DNA of 64,000 nt from Eledone cirrhosa (taxonomy: Eukaryota), in NCBI GenBank assembly GCA_964016885.1, contig OZ024758.1, forward strand, positions 33,418,001 through 33,482,000, written 5' to 3'. Positions 9,986-27,212 of this stretch are shown piece after piece (position 1 is the first letter of the stretch; each line of letters opens with the position of its first letter). The notes under the pieces were generated by a model, which saw only the letters and a program-made list of their open reading frames with translations, ran no database searches and had not been told where the DNA came from. The position numbers and the translations under genes were made by a program.

Positions 9986-11761
9986 ATCAAGATGTCCCCA
10001 GATGTATGTGAAAGTACAGAGGACCTCCTCAGCAGAATCAGTGAGTGCAACAAAAACAGGAGCCTATCCAACTGCATAATAGGCAGCATGGATGTGGTGT
10101 CACTGTACCCATCCATTAACATTGATTTTGCTGTGAAAAGATGTGTGGAGATGATCATTGAGAGTGAGGCGGAGTTCTGCGACGTCGACACAGACGAACT
10201 GGGCCTCCTACTTAGACTTACCTACGACACTGACTACCTAGACAGCCATGACCTTAGATGTTTCTGCCCTAGTAGACCTATAAGAGGTAGACCCCCCACC
10301 ATAACCTCAATGGCTAAAAAGACTCCCATAGGAAGGTGGATTGGGTGGACCAAAGCTATACGGACCCCCCAAAACACTGATCAGGTAAGAAAAATGGTCG
10401 CACATGCAATAGGGGCTAGTATCAAAACTACCCTAAAGGGCCACATATTTAAGTTCAATGAGAAAATCTACACCCAAAATGAGGGAGCAGCCATCGGCGT
10501 CAGCATAGCTGGCGATGTTGCCAACCTTTTCATGGTATGGTGGGAAAGGAGACTTAAAGATCTCCTTAATGAAAGCTCCATAGACCTCATCATGTACTCT
10601 CGTTATGTAGACGATATCAATATAGTTATAAGAACACCCCCACTAGAGAGCACTAACAAGTTTGATTTAGAACGTAGCACGATGGAAAGCATCCAGCAGA
10701 TAGCTAATTCCATACACCAGAGTATAACTGTAACTATAGACTTCCCTTCCAAACACCCTAACAATAGACTACCTGTATTAGACACAGAACTCTGGATTAA
10801 CACTATAGACGAGAGAGCCCAAATTCTCCACTCACACTATGCTAAACCCATGGCCTCCAAATACCTGATACTCAAAAACTCAGCAATGTCCAGTAGTGCT
10901 AAGTTTAATATTTTGATCGCAGATTTGGTACGAGTGATGAAGAATGTGTCCAGCATGTGCGACCCAACAGAAATGGAAGGACACATCCAACACTTCATCA
11001 ACCGCATGCAGTTCTCTGGCTACAACCAAAGAGACAGAGTCAGAGTATACGAAGGAGCCATGGAAAAGTATAAGACCCTCATAGAACTGGACATGAAAGG
11101 AATTTGCCCACTATACAGGAGCAAATCATGGAATAGCTTAGATAGGGCTAGACATAAGATAGGGAAGGCCACATCATGGTACGACAACCAGAGATATCAG
11201 AGTGTCATGTTTGTGGACGCCACCCCTGGAGGGAAATTAGCTAACCAGTGTAGAAAGGCCCTGAGAAAGACCCACTTAAAAATAAAGGTGGTAGAAAAGC
11301 CAGGAACCACCATAAAATCCCTGATCAGCAAAACCTACCCTTTTAAGAAAACCCACTGTACCAATAGGAAATGTATCATATGTAAGGTGAACCCCCGGAT
11401 AAACTGTAAAACTAGAAACGTAGTCTATAGCATAAGATGTACAGAGGGTACTTGCAGAAACACGACAACAACATACATAGGTGAGACAGCTCGTAGCATA
11501 GGTGAAAGGATAGACCAACACTGGGGGGAACTAAAAGGACGAAAAAACGGGTCAGTACTATACGAACATGCTAGACAACATCATGACGGTAACATAGACA
11601 ACATAGAAATTAGAATAATATCTAAACATAGGAATGACCCAGCAGATAGGCAAATCAGAGAGGCCAGTGAAATAGAAATTAGAAGACCAAAGCTAAACAG
11701 AAAGAATGAGTGGAACAACAACAACACCCAAACAAACAACACTGACCTAAGAGAAGTATAA
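9986..11761 (+). CDS. Penelope RT-GIY-YIG polyprotein, N-terminally truncated but otherwise open
   Basis: Part of ORF 9731-11761; the first about 85 codons of that ORF are antisense CR1 sequence. Confidence 0.8.
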   Translation: MKMSPDVCESTEDLLSRISECNKNRSLSNCIIGSMDVVSLYPSINIDFAVKRCVEMIIESEAEFCDVDTDELGLLLRLTYDTDYLDSHDLRCFCPSRPIRGRPPTITSMAKKTPIGRWIGWTKAIRTPQNTDQVRKMVAHAIGASIKTTLKGHIFKFNEKIYTQNEGAAIGVSIAGDVANLFMVWWERRLKDLLNESSIDLIMYSRYVDDINIVIRTPPLESTNKFDLERSTMESIQQIANSIHQSITVTIDFPSKHPNNRLPVLDTELWINTIDERAQILHSHYAKPMASKYLILKNSAMSSSAKFNILIADLVRVMKNVSSMCDPTEMEGHIQHFINRMQFSGYNQRDRVRVYEGAMEKYKTLIELDMKGICPLYRSKSWNSLDRARHKIGKATSWYDNQRYQSVMFVDATPGGKLANQCRKALRKTHLKIKVVEKPGTTIKSLISKTYPFKKTHCTNRKCIICKVNPRINCKTRNVVYSIRCTEGTCRNTTTTYIGETARSIGERIDQHWGELKGRKNGSVLYEHARQHHDGNIDNIEIRIISKHRNDPADRQIREASEIEIRRPKLNRKNEWNNNNTQTNNTDLREV

Positions 11762-12030
11762 ATAAATAAGTAAATTAAATTAAATAAAATAAGATAAATA
11801 AATACATACACAAGCACATAAACACACACTAGTCACCCAGCAGACAACACTATACACACTAGTCACACATCACACATAACACTATACACACACGCAAACG
11901 CATGCGCAAAGAAGACAAAATAAAATAAGATAAACAAACAAGCAAATAAATAAATAAATATATAGACAGACTGAACAAAAAAAAATGGCGTAGACATACA
12001 ACACAACAGGAGGAACAATGAATATAACAC

Positions 12031-12068
12031 CACTGACGATGTTGCAGATGTGCAACGAAAGATTTATG
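12031..12068 (+). ncRNA. Type I hammerhead motif, family A variant (weak stem I)
   Basis: ca CTGACGA t gttgca-gatg-tgcaac GAA ag-at-tt a^tg, in the same position of the PLE 3' region as the 7946 motif. Confidence 0.65.
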
Positions 12069-12335
12069 TAAACTATATATATATGTGTTTGTCTATATTG
12101 TATCTGTATTATTTTTGACCGCCGGTCAGTCAATGGCAACATTGAGGACCGAGTAAGTTAGATCGCAGATATATATATATAAAAGACAGCGAGAAGCGAA
12201 AACCAACCAAACAGTGAGTGTGTTCTGTTATTAATTCTGGCAATATTACGCAAATATGACCCTCCCCAAATATAACAATATCTGTTTCGACACACGATTT
12301 CATATAAAAAACCTCGCAAAACTAATTCATCGCCT

Positions 12336-13602
<1,267 letters not shown>

Positions 13603-13662
13603 AAATATTAAACAAATAATGAATAAAACAATGAAACAGTTCCTTATATTAAACAAAAAAAG

Positions 13663-13817
13663 TTCATTATTTAACGATCGTTTCTAGGATATATATGTGT
13701 TAGAATTGGCATGCATATTCAACAGATCTATGTACAAAATTATACAAAATTATACAAACTATCAAGATTAAATATACATACCAAACACACATATATGCCG
13801 TCTTCAGAAATAATGAA
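13663..13817 (-). ncRNA. Type I hammerhead ribozyme with about 116-nt stem II, family D
   Basis: Minus strand: ttcattattt CTGAAGA [long hairpin incl. ttggtatgtatatttaa/ttgaatatgcatgccaa] GAA acgatcgt t^aaataatgaa; perfect 10-bp stem I and palindromic stem III. Confidence 0.8.
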
Positions 13818-14289
13818 ATATATTTATTGATAATAACAACAATTCAAAATTTCAGGTCTGTTTGGGAACGGAGTTCAAATTGACCAATGAAAATACAAAA
13901 AAATTTTATGCAGTTTGGTGTGTGTATATACATGTAATTAACTTCGTACACATATTTATACAAAGATATATGCTCAACATGCATACGCATGCCAAAAAGA
14001 TGTATGCAAATACAAAAATTCAAGGCTAATGTCTCTGTAAGTTTATAATCCACAGATAAAATGCGTATAGACACATAAATATGAAATAAGTGTATACACA
14101 TATTCACATACTCACACATATCCGTACACTCACACACACACGCGCGTATATGCATAAACATACACATAATTACGAACATACACACACACACACACCCCCA
14201 CACACATATATATGTGGATATAATATTATCATAAGCACATGGATATTAATGCACGCACATAAACACTGTCATACCGACAGCCATTACTG

Positions 14290-17200
14290 GCACCCCAAAA
14301 GTCACACCAGTGCTGCTGCTGAATGTCAGGGGCCTGGTGAAACTCAGCAACATGAGTAAAATTTCCTACCTGGGAGACTTAGCCATAAGCAATTAAGCAC
14401 TATGCATGGCACTAACCGAAACGCACCTGACAAGCAGTATAGCAGATGCAGAAATACATATACCGAAATATACTGTATTTCGTTCGGACAGGAAGGAGAG
14501 AACTCATGGTGGGGTTGCTCTGTATATCCGTGAAGATGTCACACCAATTGTACTGTTGACACATTCAAACTCAGTCTGTGACACACTGATAATACATATG
14601 AAGCAACTACAGATGGTAATATGTGTCACATATCGGCCGCCCGATGCCCCCAGTCATGAGGGTAAATTTGAGGATAGCCTAAGTAGGATAGAAGAGGTCC
14701 TTGACAAACTGGACCAGGGTCTCAACATCCTACTGCTGGGAGACTTCAACCTACCAAAGGTCAAATGGCCTGAGGGCCACCTCCTCCCTGGAATGACGTC
14801 AATAGAACAGAGACAGACGGAATCCCTGCTGGCCCTCACACACAGGCTGTTCATGGAGCAAGCAATACTCCTCCCAACAAGAGGCGAAAATGTCCTGGAC
14901 CTCTGTTTTACAAACAACGAAGTGCTCATCCACAATGTAAAGGTGACACCAACAATTCTCTCGGATCATAACTTGGTAGAGCTAATGATATGTGGTCCAA
15001 GAGAACCAACAGAGACAAAAACCACCAAGAAGCTCCGGGACGCTATCCAGCCTTAACTTCTACGGGGCTGACTGGAAGAAGATTAAGAGTGAAATCCGGA
15101 AGCAAACATGGAGTGCAAACATCGCCACACAAGACACTAACACACAATTTCAACACTTCATGACAACAATACACACCATATGCAAAAAGTGTGTCCCGGA
15201 GAAAGAGGCAAACAGACACAAAAATCTTATTCCCAGAGATAGGAAAATCCTTATGAGACGTAGAACTAAACTCTCAAACCAGTTGAATAGTCAACAAAAC
15301 CAAAACAAGAAGGAATCCTATTTGAAACGTGCACTACTTGACACCGAGATTGCACTCAAGCTTTCACATGAGAATGAGAGGGCAAGGAAAGAGAACAGGG
15401 CCATAGAAAACATTAAAACAAACCCTAAGGCCTTCTTTAAATTTGCAAAAGAAACTGCCTCAGTACACTGCAAGATTGGACCACTCTTCCACACGGACGG
15501 TTCATTAACCGAAAATCCCCAAGAGATATGTGAAATACTGAACGAACAGTACAAAAGTGTCTTCACATGTCCACTGAGGCACATGCAAATAACGAAGCCA
15601 GAGGAGTTCTTTGATGCCACAACACTACATCAAGAAATGGCAACCATCAACCACATAGACATAACGGAGGAGGATGTGGTGTACGCCATTGATGAAATTA
15701 GAACAGACTCGGCTGCTGGACCTGATGGATTCCCAGCAGTTCTCCTGAAAATATGTAAGCGGGCCTTAGCAACTCCACTGAAGATGCTCTTCAGAAGCTC
15801 CTTGGCTAGCGGTGTACTACCCAGGGAGCTGAAAGAAGGCACAATATGCCCTATCCATAAAGGAGGTAGTAGAGCGGACGCCAAGAACTATAGGCCAGTC
15901 TCCCTGACGTCGCATATCAGTAAGGTCATGGAGCGAGTCGTCAGAAAGAAACTAATCACTTTCCTCGAAGAAAATGACCGCCTGACTAGCACGCAACATG
16001 GCATCCGCCCAGGAAGAAGCTGCCTTACACAGCTGCTACATCACTACGACTGGGTACTGAGACAACTACTAGACAGCTCACATGTAGACGTGATATATCT
16101 TGACTTTGCGAAGGCCTTTGACAAGGTCGACCACGGAATGATATGTCACAAACTACACGGACTCGGCATAACTGGAAAAGTAGGTGAGTGGCTGCATGGC
16201 TTCCTAAGGGACAGAAGCCAGGCAGTCGCAGCAAATGGGGCCCTCTCGAGGGAAACACCGATAACAAGTGGGGTGCCTCAAGGGACAGTCCTGGGACCAC
16301 TACTGTTTTTGGTGGCTCTCTCGGACATGCCCTCTGTGGTGCATGCAACAACATCCCTGACTAGCTATGCTGATCACACTAAGGTAGCACAGGCAATCAA
16401 AAACCCGGCTGACGCTGCCCTCTTACAGCAGGATCTGGATGCCATATACAGATGGGCGGAAGAAAACAACATGCAGTTTAATGCTGGCAAATTCCAAGCC
16501 CTACAATACAAACCTGCAAACACAAACACAAATATAGCGGAACACAGCTACACAGGACCAGGAGGGACCGATATCCCCGTGTCAAAAATCGATACGAGAC
16601 CTGGGCATAGACATGAGCGATGATGCATCTTTTTCTTCACACATCATGAAGGTGGCGACAGCATGTAGACGATTCGCTGGTTGGATCTTGAGGACTTTCC
16701 TTACAAGAGATCGAGACACCATGTTGACACTGTGGAGGACTTTTGTCCTAAGCCGCCTGGATTACTGCTCCCAGCTGTGGTCACCCCATAGTGTCAAACT
16801 AACCACGGAGCTTGAGGCAATCCAGCGAAGCTACACCAAGAGGATTGCCAAGATGAGGGAGACAAGCTACTGGGAGAGGCTGAAGGAACTGAACCTCTAC
16901 TCCTTGGAGCGAAGACGGGAGAGATACGCAGTGATCTACATGTGGAAAATCCTGGAGGGACTAGCACCAAACTTTGGCATTGGGAGCTGGACCAACCGTC
17001 GAACAGGACGTCACTGTGTGGTGCCAAAGGTCCCGTCTTCCACATCTAGAATAAGGAGCAGGTATTGCAATAGCCTGGGATTCAAGGGCCCTCAACTCTT
17101 CAACAGGCTGCCGAGGCATCTGAGAGACTTGCATGACGTGGAGGTGGATGTCTTTAAGAAACATCTCGACACCTTGTTATCCAGGATCCCCGGATGAGCC

Positions 17201-17370
17201 CACAGCAAGACACGAGGGAAACCTAAGGGCAGCAGCAACAAACTCCCTCCTACACCAGTGGCCCAACCTATACAGGCTGGAGATAAAATGTGTAGCAACA
17301 AGGGCGGTGCCCCAGCATGGCCTCAGCCGGATGGCTGAAACAGGTAAAAGAGTAAAAGAGTAAAAGAGTA
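14290..17370 (+). mobile_element. CR1-type LINE, ORF2 (APE+RT) disabled
   Basis: LLLNVRGL..stop..MALTETHL, LLGDFNLP, LSDHNL; RT with YADH instead of YADD; frameshifts at about 15020 and 16585; SLERRRERY C-terminus; (GTAAAAGA)n tail at 17344-17370. Confidence 0.92.
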
Positions 17371-21839
<4,469 letters not shown>

Positions 21840-21840
<1 letters not shown>

Positions 21841-22800
21841 CTAGACATGAAAAATGCGCAAGCTCAAAAGTGCCACAGAATGTTATAATAAACCTTCAAA
21901 AGTGTGGGACTAGAGTTGTTGCTAAAAAATATTGTAATCATTATATATCGTACATTCTGTGGCATCCTTTATAAAAATAGCTTAAACCAACGAAGCCTTT
22001 ATTTTTACGCTATTTCACTTAGTTAATTCTTAGAGTGTAACATATAAAAATATGATTTACAACTATAAAATAAATTAATTAATATAATAACAGAGCTGCG
22101 GAGCTGAAATTTAGGAAATAATGGAGTATCGGATCCTGAGTTGGAGCCAGTCAATTTTTGGCCGACTCCGCAGCCCTGTATAATACATTTCATATTAAAG
22201 TTATTAATAAACCCTATTTTACACTGCATGCAAATTACCATGAGATATTGATATTAGATATAAGATACAGCGCAATATCTACAGCTGTAAAAGTACGAAA
22301 GCGAAGTAATAATAAGTGGCTTCAGGTAATTCCAATATGAAAGTTTGTAGTGATAAAAATTTGATAATGCAATACGATTGTTAATATTATAGTTCTATGA
22401 AAATGTAACAATAGATAACTAAATTATTTTACTATTAGTATATTTAAGAAATTATCATTATAGATTTGATCGTTTCATATAAGCATCATAAACGATCAAA
22501 TCTATAATGATAATTTCATCACAATTATTTACTAATAGTAAATATAATATTTACGTTATTATATTGTTACATTATCATAGATGTATTTATTTTTATATGT
22601 TACACTCTAAGAATTAACTAAGTGAAATAGCGTAAAAATAAAGGCTTCGTTGGTTTAAGCTATTTTTATAAAGGATGCCACAGAATGTACGATATATAAT
22701 GATTACAATATTTTTTAGCAACAACTCTAGTCCCACACTTTTGAAGGTTTATTATAACATTCTGTGGCACTTTTGAGCTTGCGCATTTTTCATGTCTAGT
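21840..22800. repeat. Foldback structure: about 210-bp near-perfect inverted repeats (21840-22051 / 22588-22800) enclosing a second imperfect palindrome (22394-22580)
   Basis: actagacatgaaaaatgcgcaagc... versus ...gcttgcgcatttttcatgtctagt; inner gaaattatcattatagatttgatcgttt/aaacgatcaaatctataatgataatttc. Confidence 0.92.
22093..22178 (-). mobile_element. Possible hAT-type DNA transposon terminal fragment
   Basis: Minus strand begins CAGGGCTGCGGAGTCGG, resembling hAT MITE termini. Confidence 0.4.
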
Positions 22801-22980
22801 TTAATATTTTTTAAGGCAACGCTTGTAATAACTCTAGTTAAACAGGATATATATTAATAATAAATTATCGTTGTAATGTAATTAGATTATGTAATTGTTA
22901 TTATAAATTATCTTATAAATATTAGTGTAAGATGTATAAAAATATTTTCAGACTTTTAATATAAACAACTACAAAAAACA

Positions 22981-24095
22981 AGATCGGTAGAATACGGTTT
23001 CAATTTATCCAGTTCATACTGAGGCCTGAACCTGTGGGATCGGTAACTAGGCAAATCGGCTCCAATCCAAATGAGGCTTTCAGAGCATCCATAAAAATGG
23101 TGGCCAAGCAATTTGTCTGCAGCCTCATAGGCACCTGTATCACGCTTGCCCATCAGCTTAAGTCCGACACTCTTGTATCTGGAGTAAATGGACTTGGACT
23201 TGTCAATCTCAGCCCAAATACCTTCAGTTTCAGTCTTTTCGGACTTTGTCTGATAACTAGTAACATATCGGTTTAGAATCATGCTATCTTCACCGATGTA
23301 TTGGATATCGACATTAGCTTTCCAGACATACAGAACAACAGGATTGTAGTCATTGATGCACTCTTCCCCTTGTCGTCTGTCAAGCTTGTACAACTTTTTG
23401 ACAGCTCTACCTTTGTGTCGAGATTTTATACACTCGTTGACGCTAAGCAAATTGAAATTCCCGATAGGACGAGGAAATCCAAACCTGCATCGAGTGTAAA
23501 AACGACCACTCGAAAATATTTGCCTTTTGCAGGATCCACTACAGACATGTCGTTGAAAACGCAACACCAAGTCTGACAAAACGGGGCTTTCTACATTGGA
23601 CGGCATGCGACATGTGATCATGGACTGTATAAACGTCTGAATAGCATACTTGTCGTCTCTGTCCATAATAGGGCCATCTTTAATCCATAATTTCACCTCT
23701 CATTTGGTATTCCAACCTCCAAAAAAAGTGCTCGACAATACCAAACGGAGAATTGGTATGTTTAACAACTTCTTTCATAAAGGTGGTGAACCGATGGTGA
23801 AAATGTTCGCTAACAGCCACCACGTCATCCGCGCACAACTCATTGGTGCGTTTTCTAGAAATGTCTGGTATGTCAGCATTCAACTTTTCCAGGAACTCTC
23901 TCAGATCAGGCCAAAAGTACTCTGCACAAGACAAAGTTAAGAACAAGTGGACCGGGCCAAATTTCTCGTCCATAGCCATCAAGTCTGAACATTTTCTAGA
24001 CCAAAACTGCTTGGAACCACGGACATTGGCCATCATCATATTTAAATTGCCCTCTAGGTGCCTGTCATTTTCATGAAGCCGCCTTCTAAACTCGC
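22981..24095 (-). pseudogene. Helitron/Helentron Rep (HUH endonuclease) fragment
   Basis: NVRGSKQFW..DLMAM..FGPVHLFLTLS (motif 1), FFWRLEYQMRG (motif 2, HxH missing, frameshift), FQRHVCSGSC..CRFGFP, INDYNP..WKANVDIQY, YVTSYQTK (motif 3), GAYEAADKLLG. Confidence 0.88.
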
Positions 24096-24285
24096 TTAAA
24101 GAAACAGGAATATAACTTTATAAAAAAAAAAGTTGCATCCGCTTCTTTTATCATTGATAATTTTTTCGTTTTAATATTAATTGTTTTTTGTAGTTGTTTA
24201 TATTAAAAATCTTACTGTAATATTTACTTAAACGAAGGCAGACATCTAAACTTATAGATTAATCTTGAGCGAAGGACTAGATAAA

Positions 24286-24317
<32 letters not shown>

Positions 24318-24536
24318 AACGAAGAATGATAAAATTTCAAGCAAAGAGTTTAATTAGGTAATGACTTACAAATTTGTTTCAGTATATATTTAATATAATA
24401 TTAATATATTTTGTAATATTATTAACTAATTATTATAATTAGTGCTTCAGGCTTTGTCTATATACTGAAACAAATTTGTAAGTCATTACCTAATTAAACT
24501 CTTTGCTTGAAATTTTATCATTCTTCGTTTATATAT

Positions 24537-24601
<65 letters not shown>

Positions 24602-24791
24602 TTTATCTAGTCCTTCGCTCAAGATTAATCTATAAGTTTAGATGTCTGCCTTCGTTTAAGTAAATATTACAGTAAGATTTTTAATATAAACAACTACAAA
24701 AAACAATTAATATTAAAACGAAAAAATTATCAATGATAAAAGAAGCGGATGCAACTTTTTTTTTTATAAAGTTATATTCCTGTTTCTTTAA
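24096..24791. repeat. About 290-bp inverted repeats with about 70-bp spacer (foldback/MITE-like)
   Basis: ttaaagaaacaggaatataac...tttcagtata versus tatactgaaa...gttatattcctgtttctttaa; the arms differ mainly in internal microsatellite length. Confidence 0.92.
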
Positions 24792-25994
24792 AGAACATTT
24801 CATTTTTGTTCTATTGTAGGCGAAATAATGCAATGGTTTAATAGGGAAGATATAACTTACCAATTATGTCTCTAACCGTGTAACGCTTTTTAAGTAGATA
24901 ACTACAATTGAAAATACTAAAGAAATGGAACCAACAATTCAATTTGAAAGTCGTCTACTTATAGTGACAGTGTATTACTGGTACTTTATTTTATCGACCC
25001 CCGTAACGATGAAAGGCAAAAATGCAAATGCTTAAAATTTAAATTGCCTTAATTCTATCGTCTGCTGTTTCATTAAAGGGAGATTCTCGTCTGTATTTAA
25101 TTCTATCGTCTACTGTTCCACTAAACAGATATACCTCCACTATCGTCTCTATTTATACATTTTAACTTATAACTTATACACATTTGATGTGAAATATTTT
25201 ATCTAGTCCCCCCTCTCAATATTATGATGATTTCTTTCGAATGAAACAGTTCTAGTCCTGTAGAAGCCATTTATATATATAATTGAACTGAGTTAAAAAT
25301 TCACAATATTTATAATTAAATAAGCTCATATATATATGTGTGTATTTATCTGTTTATTGTATTATATATAATGTGTGTATATACAGGATGTCCCCCCAAA
25401 ATATATACACACTTCAACAGCATTCTAATAACTATTGCCTGTACAGGTAATCAAAGTGTCAATCGAATGTTAGTTTCGTGTTTTAACAGTACAAATTTAC
25501 AATACACACATAAAACCAGTGTATATACATACATGAGTGTGTATACACATACATGAATGTGTATATACAATATATATGTATATATATATAGACACATATA
25601 TTCACGGTGCAACGGAACATTAAAATATAGATGCGGGGGGGGGGGTATATATAGGGGCGCTGGGGATAAAGGAGTGTAAAGCGTAAGTGTGTAATTGATA
25701 TATTGAAGGAGAGGAGCGTGCAGCGATAGAGTAACAAATATATAGAGAGGGGGAGAGATGGTATTGAAGGGGAGGAGTGCAAAGCGAAAGAGTAAGAGAG
25801 ATATATATAGAGACGGAACAGATAGAGAGAAACAGGCGTAAGTAACAGTGGAAGAGATATAGAGAGAGGGGGTAATAAATAAATGGAAATATAAGTGTAA
25901 CAGTATAAGAGATATATAGAGAGGGGGAAATGTGTTATTGAAGGGGAGGAGTGTAAAGCGAAAGCGTAAGATATATATAGAGAGAGGGGGAATA

Positions 25995-26036
<42 letters not shown>

Positions 26037-26132
26037 ACACTTACTCTGATTGGTTGAAAATTAGCCAATGACATACGATCACCACCACCACGGCTATCCC
26101 CGGAAAATTTATGAAGAAGTTACGCATATATG

Positions 26133-26296
26133 TTAGAACACGTAAAGTGAACATTCTGTTGTTTCACACTTTTCGTGTTCTAACAGATTAGAACACGTAA
26201 AGTGAACATTCTGTTGTTTCACACTTTTCGTGTTCTAACAGATAGAACACGTAAAGTGAACATTCTGTTGTTTCACACTTTTCGTGTTCTAACAGA
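26133..26296. repeat. Three tandem copies of an about 54-bp self-complementary unit
   Basis: tagaacacgtaaagtgaacattctgttgtttcacacttttcgtgttctaacaga x3. Confidence 0.9.
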
Positions 26297-26303
26297 TATC
26301 CAT

Positions 26304-26334
<31 letters not shown>

Positions 26335-26340
26335 AATAAT

Positions 26341-26531
26341 AATTGTTTCTACTTTTTGGCACAAGGCCATCAATTACCCAGTACATTACTGGTACTTTAT
26401 TTTATCGACCCCGTAAGGATGAAAGGCAAAGTTAACCTCGGCGGGATTTGAACACAGAATGGCAAGGGCCGTAACTCTATGCGCCAAAGCATGGCATCCG
26501 ACACTCTACCAATACTGCCAATCCACCGCCT
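26341..26531 (-). mobile_element. tRNA-derived SINE with a Meta-domain-like core
   Basis: A-box-like tggcagtattggt, B-box-like gttcaaatccc, core gcctttcatccttacggggtcgataaaataaagtacc, tail agaaacaattatt; more than 10 copies in the window. Confidence 0.85.
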
Positions 26532-26614
26532 ATACACCGACTGGAGTATAAATAATATAAGATGAAATATTGATTTAAAACTTAATACTGGAGTATAAAT
26601 AATATCAGATCAAT

Positions 26615-26782
26615 ATGTTGATTTAAAACTTCACTATTCACAAGTGTTTTTCAACCTTCATATCATGTATCCCTATTTTATCTGATGAAAACGCAGATAT
26701 CATCCCATGATGATATTTGTTTTTGAAATGTGCATAATAAAATACTTGGAACTCTTTTAACCATCTTTTGATCTTATATTAT
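26615..26782 (+). mobile_element. Solo Penelope pLTR end, family B, with hammerhead
   Basis: Aligns with 44905-45072 and with the 3' end of the PLE at 45107-46900. Confidence 0.8.
26676..26742 (+). ncRNA. Type I hammerhead ribozyme, family B
   Basis: ttttat CTGATGA aaac gcagatatcatc-ccat-gatgatatttgt tttt GAA atgtgcat a^ataaaa. Confidence 0.8.
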
Positions 26783-26800
26783 ATATATATATATATATAT

Positions 26801-27212
26801 TGTTATAGTTTGGGAGGGTTATGTTGCCAATAAGAAACACACGCACCAGTTGCTTTCACTTCAATTTATTATAAATTAAATTTATAAATTTAGGAATTTA
26901 TAAATTTCCGGTTGGTTGGTTGGTTCCACAACCAGATGATAGTTCATATATTGTCAAAGTTCTTTCGTCACACATTCTGTGACCTCTTCAGTGACTGGGG
27001 ATTCTTTTCTTTGTTTTTGTGCCTCTCCTTTGTTCTGTCCTACGCCATAAAAACAACGAAAGAACTTTAACAATATATGAACTATCATCTGGTTGTGGAA
27101 CCAACCAACCAAACAACCAACCAACCAACCGGAAATTTATAAATTTAATTTATAATAAATTGAAGTGAAAGCACTGGTGCGTGTGTTTCTTATTGGTAAC
27201 ATGGCCCTACCA
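26801..27212. mobile_element. Inverted pair of Penelope family A pLTR fragments (26801-27047 minus, 27057-27212 plus)
   Basis: Both match 7894-8155. Confidence 0.85.
26953..26996 (-). ncRNA. Minimal type I hammerhead ribozyme, family A
   Basis: Minus strand: agtca CTGAAGA g gtcaca-gaatg-tgtgac GAA ag-aa-ct t^tgac. Confidence 0.78.

Larger units (their letters stand above)
9984..12280 (+). mobile_element. Penelope-like element (Neptune/Nematis-like: RT + Cys linker + GIY-YIG) lacking its 5' part
   Basis: SMDVVSLYPSI, YTQNEGAAIG, RYVDD, LPVLD, CTNRKCIIC, VVYSIRC..YIGETARS; the 3' end atgaccctccccaaatataacaata is shared with the 7021-8157 element. Confidence 0.9.

Noticed and set aside
25218-25270. 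atgatga..GAAacag/ctgta hammerhead-like string
   Set aside because: C3 is missing and stems I and II are poor
25451-26074. 207-aa and 185-aa hydrophobic ORFs
   Set aside because: Low-complexity GA/TA-rich repeat sequence
26341-26531. tRNA gene (A/B boxes)
   Set aside because: Boxes are too widely spaced, no cloverleaf, multicopy with a shared tail: SINE head
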